Positions 38,371 to 46,928 are shown, counted from the first letter of the stretch. The stretch is 64,000 bases of DNA from Gammaproteobacteria bacterium (GCA_963665145.1 OY762064.1:2307154-2371153), one strand, 5' to 3'. Notes: generated by a model not told the origin, from the letters alone. Translations and numbers: made by a program.

Positions 38371-40127
38371 TCCACGGCATAACCGCCAACCACGACTCCT
38401 TTCATGCCGTGGAATTCACAACGGGTCTCAACGTAATCCTCGCTGAGCGCTCGGCTGCGGCAACGGAGAAAGACACGAGGAACGGGCTTGGGAAATCCAC
38501 GCTCATAGAGATTATCCACTTTTGTCTTGGCAGCCGTGCTGATAAAGGCAAGGGTCTCTCGATTGATGCTTTGAATGACTGGACTTTCACGGTTGATCTC
38601 ACGCTGTCCGGCAATCGAGTTAGAGCTACCAGGGCCGTAGCCGATCCCAATCGGGTTCTGATTGAAGGCCCCACCGGAGGCTGGATTGAGCAACCGGAAA
38701 GTGACGACTTGTTGCGTCAGCGTTCGTTCAAAGTTGAACGATGGCGAACTCTACTTGGATGGTCGCTGTTCGGCTTGCATCCGTTGGAAGGTAAGAGCTC
38801 CTATCGACCTAAGTATCGTAGTTTGATTTCGTATTTCATCCGACGTGGACCCGATGCCTACGTTAGCCCCTTTCGACACTTTCGACAGCAAAACACCTGG
38901 GACATACAGCTTCACATTGCTTATCTGCTAGGTATGAACTGGGAATATGCGGCCCAATGGCAGAAATTGAAGGATAGAGCAGCTGCAATCAGCGCAGTTC
39001 AAAAGGCCAAAAAAACAGGCGCCTTGGATGGTTCAATTAGCAGTATCGGAGAATTAGAGACTCAGGTAATTCAGCTCGAACAACAGGCCAGCGTGGCAAG
39101 GAACGCGTTGGACAATTTCAAAGTCCATCCACAATATGAAGCACTGCAAAGGGATGCCGATGGCCTGACCAGTCAGGTACATGAGTCAACTAACCGTAAT
39201 GTTGCTGATCGGCGGCGACTAACACGATACAAAGAGTCAATCAGGGAGGAGAAGCCGCCAAGCAGAATTTCTTTGAAGAAAATATACGAGGAATGCGGCG
39301 TGGTGTTTTCTGCAACTTTGCAGCGGTCGCTGGATCAAGCAAGAACCTTTCATGACGAGATCATTTCCAATAGGCGCGCGTTCTTGAGCGCTGAGATCAA
39401 GAATCTACGCGAAACCATTAGACAGCGAAACGGCAAGATCAAGACACTTACCGATAAGCGCGCGGAAGTCTTGCAGGTACTTGAGACACACGGCGCCCTA
39501 CAGGAGATGACCAGTTTGCGTGAGCAGTTCGTTAAACAGCAAGAGTCGCTTGAGCGAGCCCGAACTCACTTAAGTGAATTGAAGGAGTTAAATTCGTCTA
39601 AACGCGACATCAAGAAAAACACAGAAGAATTGTTGCGATTGGCGGAGCAAGATCATGAGGATAGAAGACAAGTTTGGTCTGAGGCCGTCCGCCTGTTCAA
39701 CGAGTATTCTCAGGTACTCTATGAGTCTCCCGGGAAGCTGGTCATTGACGTTAGCGATACAGGATACAAGTATCGGGTTGATATAGAAAGAAGCGGTAGC
39801 GAAGGCATCGAGAAAATGAAGGTATTCTGTTTTGACTTGTTGGCATTACGTTTGCGAAGAAAGGCGAGTAACGGCTTAAATTTCCTTATTCACGACTCTT
39901 TGGTTTACGACTCTGTAGACAGCAGACAACGCGCACTAGCGTTGGAGCAAGCGCATCGCATTACGACTGCGGTAGGTGGACAGTACATCTGTGCAATTAA
40001 TTCAGACATGGTCCCCAGCAAGGACTTTAGTGATGAATTCGAATTCAATCGGCATGTGCGCCTTACCCTATCCGATGCGAAGCCAGCAGGGAGCTTACTG
40101 GGCATACGATTTGAGGCGTCGATTTGA
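38367..40127 (+). CDS. ABC/SMC-like ATPase with coiled-coil insert (DUF2326/YydD-like, ABC-3C ATPase component)
   Basis: N-terminal FTTGLNVILAERSAAATEKDTRNGLGKSTLIEIIHFCLG (Walker A). ~200 aa of heptad-like coiled coil. C-terminal FLIHDSLVYDSVD (Walker B/D-loop). Confidence 0.75.
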   Translation: MIHGITANHDSFHAVEFTTGLNVILAERSAAATEKDTRNGLGKSTLIEIIHFCLGSRADKGKGLSIDALNDWTFTVDLTLSGNRVRATRAVADPNRVLIEGPTGGWIEQPESDDLLRQRSFKVERWRTLLGWSLFGLHPLEGKSSYRPKYRSLISYFIRRGPDAYVSPFRHFRQQNTWDIQLHIAYLLGMNWEYAAQWQKLKDRAAAISAVQKAKKTGALDGSISSIGELETQVIQLEQQASVARNALDNFKVHPQYEALQRDADGLTSQVHESTNRNVADRRRLTRYKESIREEKPPSRISLKKIYEECGVVFSATLQRSLDQARTFHDEIISNRRAFLSAEIKNLRETIRQRNGKIKTLTDKRAEVLQVLETHGALQEMTSLREQFVKQQESLERARTHLSELKELNSSKRDIKKNTEELLRLAEQDHEDRRQVWSEAVRLFNEYSQVLYESPGKLVIDVSDTGYKYRVDIERSGSEGIEKMKVFCFDLLALRLRRKASNGLNFLIHDSLVYDSVDSRQRALALEQAHRITTAVGGQYICAINSDMVPSKDFSDEFEFNRHVRLTLSDAKPAGSLLGIRFEASI

Positions 40128-40263
40128 ACTGTTGACATGGTCGGTAATGCTTCAAGCGCGATTCTAAGGGTTGTAGAGTTTTCTTGTTGATTCGGCAGTA
40201 ACTTTAGCCGAAGCCAGAAGCGTCTAGATGGTCTTGCTGAATACAGCAACTTCACGTGAGTGA

Positions 40264-40337
40264 TGGGCCGTGAGGGAATCGAACCCGCAACCAATGGATT
40301 AAGAGTCCACTGCTCTACCTAGTTGAGCTAACGGCCC
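40264..40337 (-). tRNA. tRNA-Lys (anticodon CTT), no encoded CCA, one T-stem mismatch
   Basis: Hand-folded cloverleaf: GGGCCGT/ACGGCCC acceptor, GCTC/GAGC D-stem, anticodon loop CTCTTAA, T-loop TTCGATT. C50:T64 is unpaired. The 3' flank is TCA, not CCA. Confidence 0.8.
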
Positions 40338-40443
40338 GTTGTGTGCAGGAAGTGCTCCTGCGGAAGGGGTGCAATATTGCCACAGGATTGCTCGTGCGGA
40401 GCGGTTCAAGTGAGGGCGGGGCGACCTCTTTCCCAGGAAAAGG

Positions 40444-40520
40444 TGGGGTGGACGATGGGATTCGAACCCACGACGACCAGATCCACAATCTGGGGCTCTA
40501 CCAACTGAGCTACGCCCACC
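40444..40520 (-). tRNA. tRNA-His (anticodon GTG) with G-1 and encoded CCA
   Basis: Hand-folded. Extra 5' G pairing with discriminator C, anticodon loop TTGTGGA, T-loop TTCGAAT, terminal CCA. Confidence 0.9.
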
Positions 40521-40569
40521 ACGGTTGATGCTTGCCGCCCGGCACGCCGCTTCGTGCCGTTTCGGCCGA

Positions 40570-40646
40570 TGGCGCGCCTGGCAGGACTCGAACCTGCAAC
40601 CACCGGCTTAGAAGGCCGATGCTCTATCCGGTTGAGCTACAGGCGC
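40570..40646 (-). tRNA. tRNA-Arg (anticodon TCT) with encoded CCA
   Basis: Hand-folded. GCGCCTG/CAGGCGC acceptor, anticodon loop CTTCTAA, T-loop TTCGAGT, terminal GCCA. Confidence 0.9.
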
Positions 40647-40689
40647 ATCGACTGGTTAATCCGGGAATGCGGCGGCCCGTTTAGCGCAG

Positions 40690-40766
40690 TGGTCGGGGTA
40701 AACGGATTTGAACCGTTGACCTTCTGCTCCCAAAGCAGACGCGCTACCAGACTGCGCCATACCCCG
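40690..40766 (-). tRNA. tRNA-Pro (anticodon TGG) with encoded CCA
   Basis: Hand-folded. CGGGGTA/TACCCCG acceptor, anticodon stem-loop TCTGC-TTTGGGA-GCAGA, T-loop TTCAAAT, terminal ACCA. Confidence 0.9.
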
Positions 40767-40812
40767 CCGCCATGCCGAGCCAGCGGTGGGGATGATAACA
40801 CTTGGGGGATAT

Positions 40813-42261
40813 TCAGGCGTTGGTGGCGGGTTCGGCGTAGGCGTCGATGTTGCGGGGATCGGGGGAGCGGTCGGAGAGGATGAGCTTGTGGCGGTAGAAG
40901 CGATCGACGCCCGGAGGTCCCATGCGGGAACGGCCGAGTCCGGAGAGGTTGAAGGGGTCCTGCTCGAATTCGTGGACGGTGCCGGACAGCGACGCTTCGT
41001 TGACGCTGATTACGCCGCCATTCATACGGCTGGCAACCTGAAGGCCTTCTTCCTCGGTCCCGGAAAACACGCTTGCGCTCAATCCGTAGCGTGAGTCGTT
41101 GGCGAGTTCGACGGCCTCGTCGATGCTGTCGAAGGGCATGACGGGCAGCACCGGCCCGAAGGTCTCGTCGGTCATGATGCGCATAGTGTGGTTGACGCCG
41201 CTCAATACGGTGGCCGGATACCAGGTCCCGCCTTCTTCGATGGCCTTGCCGCCGCAATGCACGGTGGCGCCTTTCTCGACGGCCTCGTCGATGTGCGACT
41301 GGATGGTGGCCAGTTGCTTTTCGAAGATCAGCGGGCCGATGTGGCCCTTGTCGGGCGCTTCGGTATTGGTGGTGACCTTCGCGGCCAGTTCCGCGAGGCG
41401 CGCAACCAGCGCGTCGTGCAGGGGGCGGGCGACGTAGATGCGCTCGACCGATTGGCAGGCCTGGCCGGTGGCGGCCACCGAACCGCGCAGGAGCACCTGG
41501 GCGGTGCGTTCCAGGTCGGCCGATTCCATCACGATGGCCGGGTCCTTGCCGCCCATTTCCAGGAACGCGGGAATGAAGTTGCTTGCCGCGCGTTCGCCGA
41601 CCAGGCGGCCGGTACGCACGCTGCCGGTGAAACAGACGGCGTCCACGTTGTCGATCACCGCCTCCCCGGTCGCGCCGGCGCCCATCGCGTAGTCCACGAC
41701 ATCGGCAAGTCCGGGAACCTGGGCGAAACACTCGCGCACCGGGTCCGCGTGCCTCGGCGTGATCTCGCTGGGCTTGTAGAGGATCGCGCTGCCCGCGATC
41801 AACGCCGGAACCGAGTCGATCATTCCCAGCAGGAAGGGGAAGTTCCAGGGCGAAATAATGCCGACCAGGGGAAAGGGAACGAGCTGCGTGCGCGCCATGA
41901 TGGTGGGTATCGAGCTGTTGCGGGCGGCTTCGTTCTTGACCAGCTCGCGGGCGAAACCGGCCATGCGGTCGGTCATGTGCCGGAGGTTGTCGATCTCGAT
42001 GTGGGTGATCAGGACCCTTCCAGTGTCGGCGACCAGCGCGTCGAAGATCGCCTGGCGGTTGTCCTGGACGGCATCGGCGAAGGCGTTCAGCGCCTCGACC
42101 CGCTTTTCCAGGCCGAGGTCCAGCCATGCGGGCTGGTTCATGCGCAGGCGGTCGGCGGTCGACGCCACCTCGTCGGGGGTGGCGGGCTTGAGCAGGTAGT
42201 CGCGCTCGCCGGTGCGGGGGTTTCTTACCTTAATCGGGGCGAAAGATGCGGGTGCGGACAT
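40813..42261 (-). CDS. NAD(P)-dependent aldehyde dehydrogenase family protein
   Basis: FTGSVRTG, FLEMGGKDPAIV, catalytic-Cys context GQACQSVERIYV. Start at MSAPASF, preceded by AAGGAAAC. Confidence 0.85.
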   Translation of the reverse strand: MSAPASFAPIKVRNPRTGERDYLLKPATPDEVASTADRLRMNQPAWLDLGLEKRVEALNAFADAVQDNRQAIFDALVADTGRVLITHIEIDNLRHMTDRMAGFARELVKNEAARNSSIPTIMARTQLVPFPLVGIISPWNFPFLLGMIDSVPALIAGSAILYKPSEITPRHADPVRECFAQVPGLADVVDYAMGAGATGEAVIDNVDAVCFTGSVRTGRLVGERAASNFIPAFLEMGGKDPAIVMESADLERTAQVLLRGSVAATGQACQSVERIYVARPLHDALVARLAELAAKVTTNTEAPDKGHIGPLIFEKQLATIQSHIDEAVEKGATVHCGGKAIEEGGTWYPATVLSGVNHTMRIMTDETFGPVLPVMPFDSIDEAVELANDSRYGLSASVFSGTEEEGLQVASRMNGGVISVNEASLSGTVHEFEQDPFNLSGLGRSRMGPPGVDRFYRHKLILSDRSPDPRNIDAYAEPATNA

Positions 42262-42314
42262 GGGTGGGTTTCCTTCGGGCTGGCGTGAGGCGGGCATTTT
42301 GCCATGTTTGCGAT

Positions 42315-44927
42315 TTAGTGCGTCCGGATTCGCACCCCAAGGAAAACGCGGCGGCCGCGGGGGTCGGACGAGCGGGGGTCGTAGCTGCCGGCTACGGCTA
42401 CGTAGGGCGGGTCTTGGTCGAGGAGGTTGGCTACGCCTAGTGTGATGGTGGTTTCCTGGCCGGCGCCGGGGAAACTGTCGAAGGACCAGCCTGCATTGGC
42501 ATCCAGCGTGGTGAAGCTGTTGATGGAGCCGCCGCCGTCGTCTTCATAGCCGCCCACGTGGCGCAGCAGGCCGTTGAGTTCCCAGGGCCCCGTGGCCCAG
42601 GACAGGCCGGCTGTGGCCCGGAACTCCTGGTTGGGCACGCCGACGTTGGCGCGATTGAGCTTGCCCAAGGCATCGATCTCGACACCTGCGTTGGTCACGT
42701 CGTAACTCAGAAGCCAGGTCGCCTCGACCCATCCCGAGAGCAGTCCCGCGCCGGCAGCCACGCTGGCGCGCGCCGAGAGGTCGATGCCTGTGGTTTCGAT
42801 CCGGTCGGCGTTGATGAACGCCACGTTGACGATGGAGATGGTGCCGGCGGACGTTCTTTCGATGCGCGCATCGAACGGGTCGGCATTGACGATTGCCTGG
42901 GCGTTCTCCTTGCGCAGCACGTCCTCGAACTCATAGCGCCAGTAGTCGGCGTTCAGCGCCCAGGATTCGCTTTCCTGCCAGGTGACGCCCACGTTGTATG
43001 CGGTGGACGTTTCCGGTTGCAGCGTGGGGTCGCCCAGGGTGCGGCGCCCGGCGAAGGTCCTGGATCCGTCGTGATCGACGATATTGCTGAAATTGGTTTG
43101 CGCGCCGCGGGTCTGAAACGGCGAGGGCGCCCTGAAGGAGGTGCTGTAGGAAGCCCGTAGCGACAACCTGTCCGCGGGCTGGAACAGGAACGTGACTTTC
43201 GGGTCCAGCGTATTGCCCACGCCGGATCCGTAGTCCTCGTAGCGCAAGGCGCCGGTCACCTCAAGCGCGTCGCCCAGCGGCAGCCAGACCTCGCCATAAA
43301 CGGCATAGACATCGTTCTCCGCGTCGAAGTCGGGGTTGCCGATCAGAAACGCCCAGCCGTCCTGGCGGGTCACGGTGTCGTAGCGGAAATCCAGCGACTG
43401 TTGCCGGTGCTGGACACCGACGGCATAGCCGCCCCGGATACCGGACAGATCGCCGGCGATGTTGGCTTCAACGGTAGTCAGTTGCGACTTTCCGAGACCA
43501 ATGTAGTCGCCGATGATGAACTCGTACAGTTCCGGGCCGTTGGCAAGTGGCGAGCCGGAGGCCGCCGCGAAGTTCGAACTGAAGGGGTTGAAGAACAGGC
43601 AGCCGTCCTGTCCGGGCGTCCGGTCCGGGCCGGACGCGCAGCCGGTGCCGCCGAAGCCGTTCAGCGCGGCCTGGAAGTTCGCCGCGTGCACGTCGCGCGG
43701 GTTGAGCACGGCGTCGTTGGCGCCGTAGACCACGGAGAGGTTCCAGGACGCGGAATCGGTGAGCTCGCCTTCCAGGCCGGCGGCGATCCTCAGGGTTTCG
43801 TGCTCGTAGTAGTTGAACTCCGGCGGATGCCCGTAACCGTACGGCCGTCCCTGGAAGAACACGTCTTCCTGGTAGGGATTGGCCGGGTGATACGCCGGCA
43901 CCACAGGTGTGTTCAGCACCGGAAAGCTCGGCGATACCTCGCGGTTGATGTCGTTTTGCGCATAGCCGAATTCGGCCCAGAAGTCCGCTTTCCCGCCGCC
44001 GCGCCAGTCGCCCTGGCCCCACAGCTGCAGGCGCCGTTCGTTGGGCACGGACGTGAGTTGCGGGCCGTAATCGAAGCGGCAAATCTCGCTGCCTCCGGAA
44101 AGTTGCTGCAGGAGCCCCTCGTATTGCGCGCAGCCCGGATCAGCCAGCGTGCGTCCCAGGGACGGCACGTTGAAGCTGCCCGGATTGCCGAAACCGCTGG
44201 TGGCGGGCTGCAGCCAATCGACCTCGGCCAGCAGCAGGCTGGTGCGGTTCAGGTAGCTGGCGGCGACCAGGAACTCGCCGTCGCCCCCGCCGAAGTCGCC
44301 GCCATAGACCGCATCGACGGTCAGGTCGTCCTGGGAGCCGTTGTTGGTGCGCGAGCGGTACTCGGTTTGGAACTCGAATCCGGTAAAGCCGCTGCGGGTG
44401 ATGAAGTTGACCACGCCGGCCACCGCCTCGGAGCCGTAAATCGCGGCGGCGCCGTCCTTCAGGATCTCCACGCGCTCGACGGCGAGCATGGGCGCCAGGC
44501 CCGCCAGATCCACGAAACTCGAACCGTCGTCGGTCTGCGCCGAAGAAAGCACCTGCCGTCTGCCGTTCACCAGCACCAGCGTGGAGGCGACGCCCAGTCC
44601 GCGCAGATTGACGTTGGCCGTGCCCACCGTGTAGTTCTGCGTCAGGTTGTCGGAATTGTTCTCCGAGCCCGCGTTGATCGAGAGGACCCCCACCATGTCG
44701 CGAATGTCATTGAGCCCTGCATCCAGCAGGTCCTGACCCTGGTAACTGGACAGCGGCGACGGAGAATCGCTCTGCCGGCTGATCCGGCTGCCGGTCCGGG
44801 CGGTGACGACGATTTCATCAAGCGCTTCGTCCTGGTCGGTTTGCGCCGCGCCATTGGAGGCAGCCAGGGCGGATGCCAGCGCCAGCATCAGCGCGAAACC
44901 TGTCGAATTTTTCTTCCCCCGCAACAT
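42315..44927 (-). CDS. TonB-dependent outer-membrane receptor
   Basis: Signal peptide MLRGKKNSTGFALMLALASALAASNGAAQ. Plug start DEIVVTARTGS...VLVNGRR...ERVEILKDGAAAIYGSEAVAGVVNFIT. Long beta-barrel region. Confidence 0.85.
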   Translation of the reverse strand: MLRGKKNSTGFALMLALASALAASNGAAQTDQDEALDEIVVTARTGSRISRQSDSPSPLSSYQGQDLLDAGLNDIRDMVGVLSINAGSENNSDNLTQNYTVGTANVNLRGLGVASTLVLVNGRRQVLSSAQTDDGSSFVDLAGLAPMLAVERVEILKDGAAAIYGSEAVAGVVNFITRSGFTGFEFQTEYRSRTNNGSQDDLTVDAVYGGDFGGGDGEFLVAASYLNRTSLLLAEVDWLQPATSGFGNPGSFNVPSLGRTLADPGCAQYEGLLQQLSGGSEICRFDYGPQLTSVPNERRLQLWGQGDWRGGGKADFWAEFGYAQNDINREVSPSFPVLNTPVVPAYHPANPYQEDVFFQGRPYGYGHPPEFNYYEHETLRIAAGLEGELTDSASWNLSVVYGANDAVLNPRDVHAANFQAALNGFGGTGCASGPDRTPGQDGCLFFNPFSSNFAAASGSPLANGPELYEFIIGDYIGLGKSQLTTVEANIAGDLSGIRGGYAVGVQHRQQSLDFRYDTVTRQDGWAFLIGNPDFDAENDVYAVYGEVWLPLGDALEVTGALRYEDYGSGVGNTLDPKVTFLFQPADRLSLRASYSTSFRAPSPFQTRGAQTNFSNIVDHDGSRTFAGRRTLGDPTLQPETSTAYNVGVTWQESESWALNADYWRYEFEDVLRKENAQAIVNADPFDARIERTSAGTISIVNVAFINADRIETTGIDLSARASVAAGAGLLSGWVEATWLLSYDVTNAGVEIDALGKLNRANVGVPNQEFRATAGLSWATGPWELNGLLRHVGGYEDDGGGSINSFTTLDANAGWSFDSFPGAGQETTITLGVANLLDQDPPYVAVAGSYDPRSSDPRGRRVFLGVRIRTH

Positions 44928-44934
44928 TTTCGGC

Positions 44935-45582
44935 CTATAGGGCGTAGGTGCCTTGCGGGGTGCCGACAATCACGGCCTCGGGGCGCTGCCGGGCGAACAG
45001 GCCCACGGTCACGACGCCGGGGACCTGGTTGATCTCGCTTTCCATTTCCTCGGGGTCCAGTATCTTGAGGTTGTGCACGTCGAGGATCTCGTTGCCGTAG
45101 TCGGTGACCACGCCTTCGCGATACTGGGGTTGGCCGCCCAGCTGGATCAGTTTGCGCGCCACGGCGGAGCGCGCCATCGGTATGACCTCGACCGGCAGCG
45201 GGAATTTGCCCAGCAGTTTGACCTTCTTGCTTTCGTCGACGATGCAGATGAAGCGGCGCGACGAGAACACAAGGATTTTTTCGCCCGTGAGCGCAGCGCC
45301 GCCGCCCTTGATCAGGCGCCGGTGCTGGTCGGTTTCGTCGGCGCCGTCCACATACAGATCAAGCGTCCCGCACTGGCTCAACGGCAGCACTTCGAAATCG
45401 AGACCGCGGAGCAAATCGGTCGTCGCCCGGGAACTGGAAACGACCTTCGAGATGCGTTCGCGGATGTTCGGAAGCAGGGCGATGAACTCGTTGGTGGTAC
45501 TGCCGGTGCCCACTCCCAACAGGCAATCCTGGGGGACCCCTTCAATCGCGGCCTCGGCGGCGTTGCGCTTGGCCGTCAGCAT
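44935..45582 (-). CDS. rpiA: ribose-5-phosphate isomerase A
   Basis: [33 protein letters not shown]. An alternative upstream start lies at 45612. Confidence 0.88.
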   Translation of the reverse strand: MLTAKRNAAEAAIEGVPQDCLLGVGTGSTTNEFIALLPNIRERISKVVSSSRATTDLLRGLDFEVLPLSQCGTLDLYVDGADETDQHRRLIKGGGAALTGEKILVFSSRRFICIVDESKKVKLLGKFPLPVEVIPMARSAVARKLIQLGGQPQYREGVVTDYGNEILDVHNLKILDPEEMESEINQVPGVVTVGLFARQRPEAVIVGTPQGTYAL

Positions 45583-45694
45583 GCCCTCCCTGTCGGCAGT
45601 TTTCGATCGCAATCGACTGTTCCTTATGCGGCGCGAGAAACCGACTCGCGGGTTGCTTGGCTACGCCATTATAAGGAGCGAGGCTGCGCGCCGG

Positions 45695-46276
45695 TCAGGG
45701 CCGAAAATCGTAGACTTGCCGTTCCGTGACGACTGCGTCCAGCGGAACGTCGGTGGGCTTGACGGGGAGGGCCTCGACCCGCTGAAAATCATGGGCCAGC
45801 CCGACCAGCAGCGGGCGGCGCCAACAGCCCGCGTATCTGCGGAAGGCGAACATGCGATCGTAGTAGCCGCCGCCCTGGCCAAGACGGTTTCCCGAAGAGT
45901 CAAAGGCCACCAAGGGCACAAACACAACGCCGGGATATCTCGCTCCCACCCACTTGCGCGGCTGCCACTCCGGTTCCTGTATTCCCCAGCGGTTCAGGAC
46001 CAGTCGGCCACGGAAATGCTGCGGCGCGAACCGCATTCGATTGCCGGTAACCACCGGCAGCAGCACTTCCTTGCCGTGTTCGTGGGCCCATTCCATCAGG
46101 GGCGCACAGGACATCTCTCCCTGGTAGGCCATGTAAAAGGCGATCGATCGCGCGCGCCGGACCCTTTCAAGTTGCAGCGCAAGGTGCCCGCAATGGATTG
46201 ATGCAGCTTCCTGCCGGGATGGGTCCAGGTAGCGACGCGCCCTGCGCATCGACAAGCGCAAGTCATCGACCGGCAT
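45695..46276 (-). CDS. ygfA: 5-formyltetrahydrofolate cyclo-ligase
   Basis: IAFYMAYQGE, LLPVV, WGIQEP, GNRLGQGGGYYDR. Sits downstream of zapA, as in other gammaproteobacteria. Confidence 0.85.
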   Translation of the reverse strand: MPVDDLRLSMRRARRYLDPSRQEAASIHCGHLALQLERVRRARSIAFYMAYQGEMSCAPLMEWAHEHGKEVLLPVVTGNRMRFAPQHFRGRLVLNRWGIQEPEWQPRKWVGARYPGVVFVPLVAFDSSGNRLGQGGGYYDRMFAFRRYAGCWRRPLLVGLAHDFQRVEALPVKPTDVPLDAVVTERQVYDFRP

Positions 46277-46297
46277 GATGGGCTCGATTGAAGCGGT

Positions 46298-46633
46298 TCA
46301 GCTTGCGGCAGGCAACTTGGCGCCGTTGGTCTTGGCCTTCTCCAGGCGCCGCTCCAGCCGCCGCCTGACACTGCGGACATTGTCGATGGTTTCCGAAGTG
46401 CCGCGCTCGTCGTCGCGTTGCGCCTGCAGCAGATTGCTCGCGAGTTTCAGTGCCGCAAGCATGAACACGTTGGTGGTGTCCAGCATCGGATCCTGGCGCT
46501 GGACCGCTTCGATATGCTCGTCGAGAAGAGGGGCGGCGTTCTTGAGAAGTTCGCGGTCTTCCGGTTCGCAGGCCAAGGTGTAGTCCTCTCCCAGGATACG
46601 AAGCCGTACCGTTGCGAACTTCTTTTTGGTCAC
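46298..46633 (-). CDS. zapA: cell division protein ZapA
   Basis: VRLRILGEDYTLACEPEDRELLKNAAPLLDEHI followed by a coiled-coil tail. Conserved neighbourhood. Confidence 0.85.
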   Translation of the reverse strand: MTKKKFATVRLRILGEDYTLACEPEDRELLKNAAPLLDEHIEAVQRQDPMLDTTNVFMLAALKLASNLLQAQRDDERGTSETIDNVRSVRRRLERRLEKAKTNGAKLPAAS

Positions 46634-46854
46634 ACGCTGCGTTCCATGCTACGCAGCCGCTGAACCATCTCAGCTACACGCTGGCGTGCTTCCTCCCGAG
46701 TGTTGAACAGCTTCGAACGCTCGCCCTGCAGTTTCTCGCATTGGGCGAGCAGGGCGGCATTCTCGCGGCGCAACTGATCGTTGAGATCCAGCAGCTCGTC
46801 CACGCGCTCGGACAGCAGCTCGACCTCTTCTCGCAGTGCTTGTTCCTGTTTCAT
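46630..46854 (-). CDS. small coiled-coil protein (TIGR02449/ZapB-like)
   Basis: 74-aa leucine-heptad sequence MKQEQALREEVELLSERVDELLDLNDQLRRENAAL. 4-nt overlap with zapA. Confidence 0.6.
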   Translation of the reverse strand: MKQEQALREEVELLSERVDELLDLNDQLRRENAALLAQCEKLQGERSKLFNTREEARQRVAEMVQRLRSMERSV

Positions 46855-46928
46855 AGGGCGCGAATATAGCACGGACGCGGTTTGCACAGGGGCGCCTCGG
46901 GAATTGCCCGAACGGCTAAAATCGTGAA

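Larger units (their letters stand above)
25302..40263. other. AT-richer accessory/defence island bounded by the LysE pseudogene and tRNA-Lys; no integrase or transposase seen
   Basis: Composition and codon usage change visibly at about 25.3 kb and at the tRNA cluster. Content is R-M, an ABC-3C-like module, a HerA-like ATPase and an NTase/2H pair. Boundaries are approximate. Confidence 0.6.

Noticed and set aside
9700-40300. Searched the intergenic junctions by eye (about 10.1-10.3, 13.5, 14.9-15.3, 16.4-16.6, 18.1, 18.4-18.5, 21.2-21.5, 22.6, 23.35, 24.3 and 25.3 kb) for a direct repeat of the 3' half of tRNA-Lys. Such a repeat would mark the far attachment site.
   Set aside because: Only trivial matches of 6-7 nt were found (for example TGGGCC near 25290, and CGATTCC near 16440 in the wrong orientation). 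No convincing att repeat was seen. This needs a computational repeat search to be conclusive.
40767-40812. Possible stable-RNA promoter for the tRNA operon (TATCAT followed by the GC-rich discriminator-like CCCCACCGC, read on the minus strand) between the aldehyde dehydrogenase stop and tRNA-Pro.
   Set aside because: I could not find a -35 element at acceptable spacing, and the -10 match is modest. The tRNAs might instead be co-transcribed from further upstream. It is too weak to list as a feature.
46277-46297. Looked for the 6S RNA gene (ssrS), which in E. coli and other gammaproteobacteria sits between zapA and the 5-formyl-THF cyclo-ligase gene.
   Set aside because: Only 21 nt separate the two genes here. 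The N-terminal ~50 aa of the cyclo-ligase ORF look like genuine family sequence (LRLSMRRARRYL...IAFYMAYQGE), so it is not an overextended ORF hiding an RNA gene. The 80-nt gap after the cyclo-ligase is also too short. ssrS must lie elsewhere. A covariance-model scan (Rfam RF00013) would settle it.
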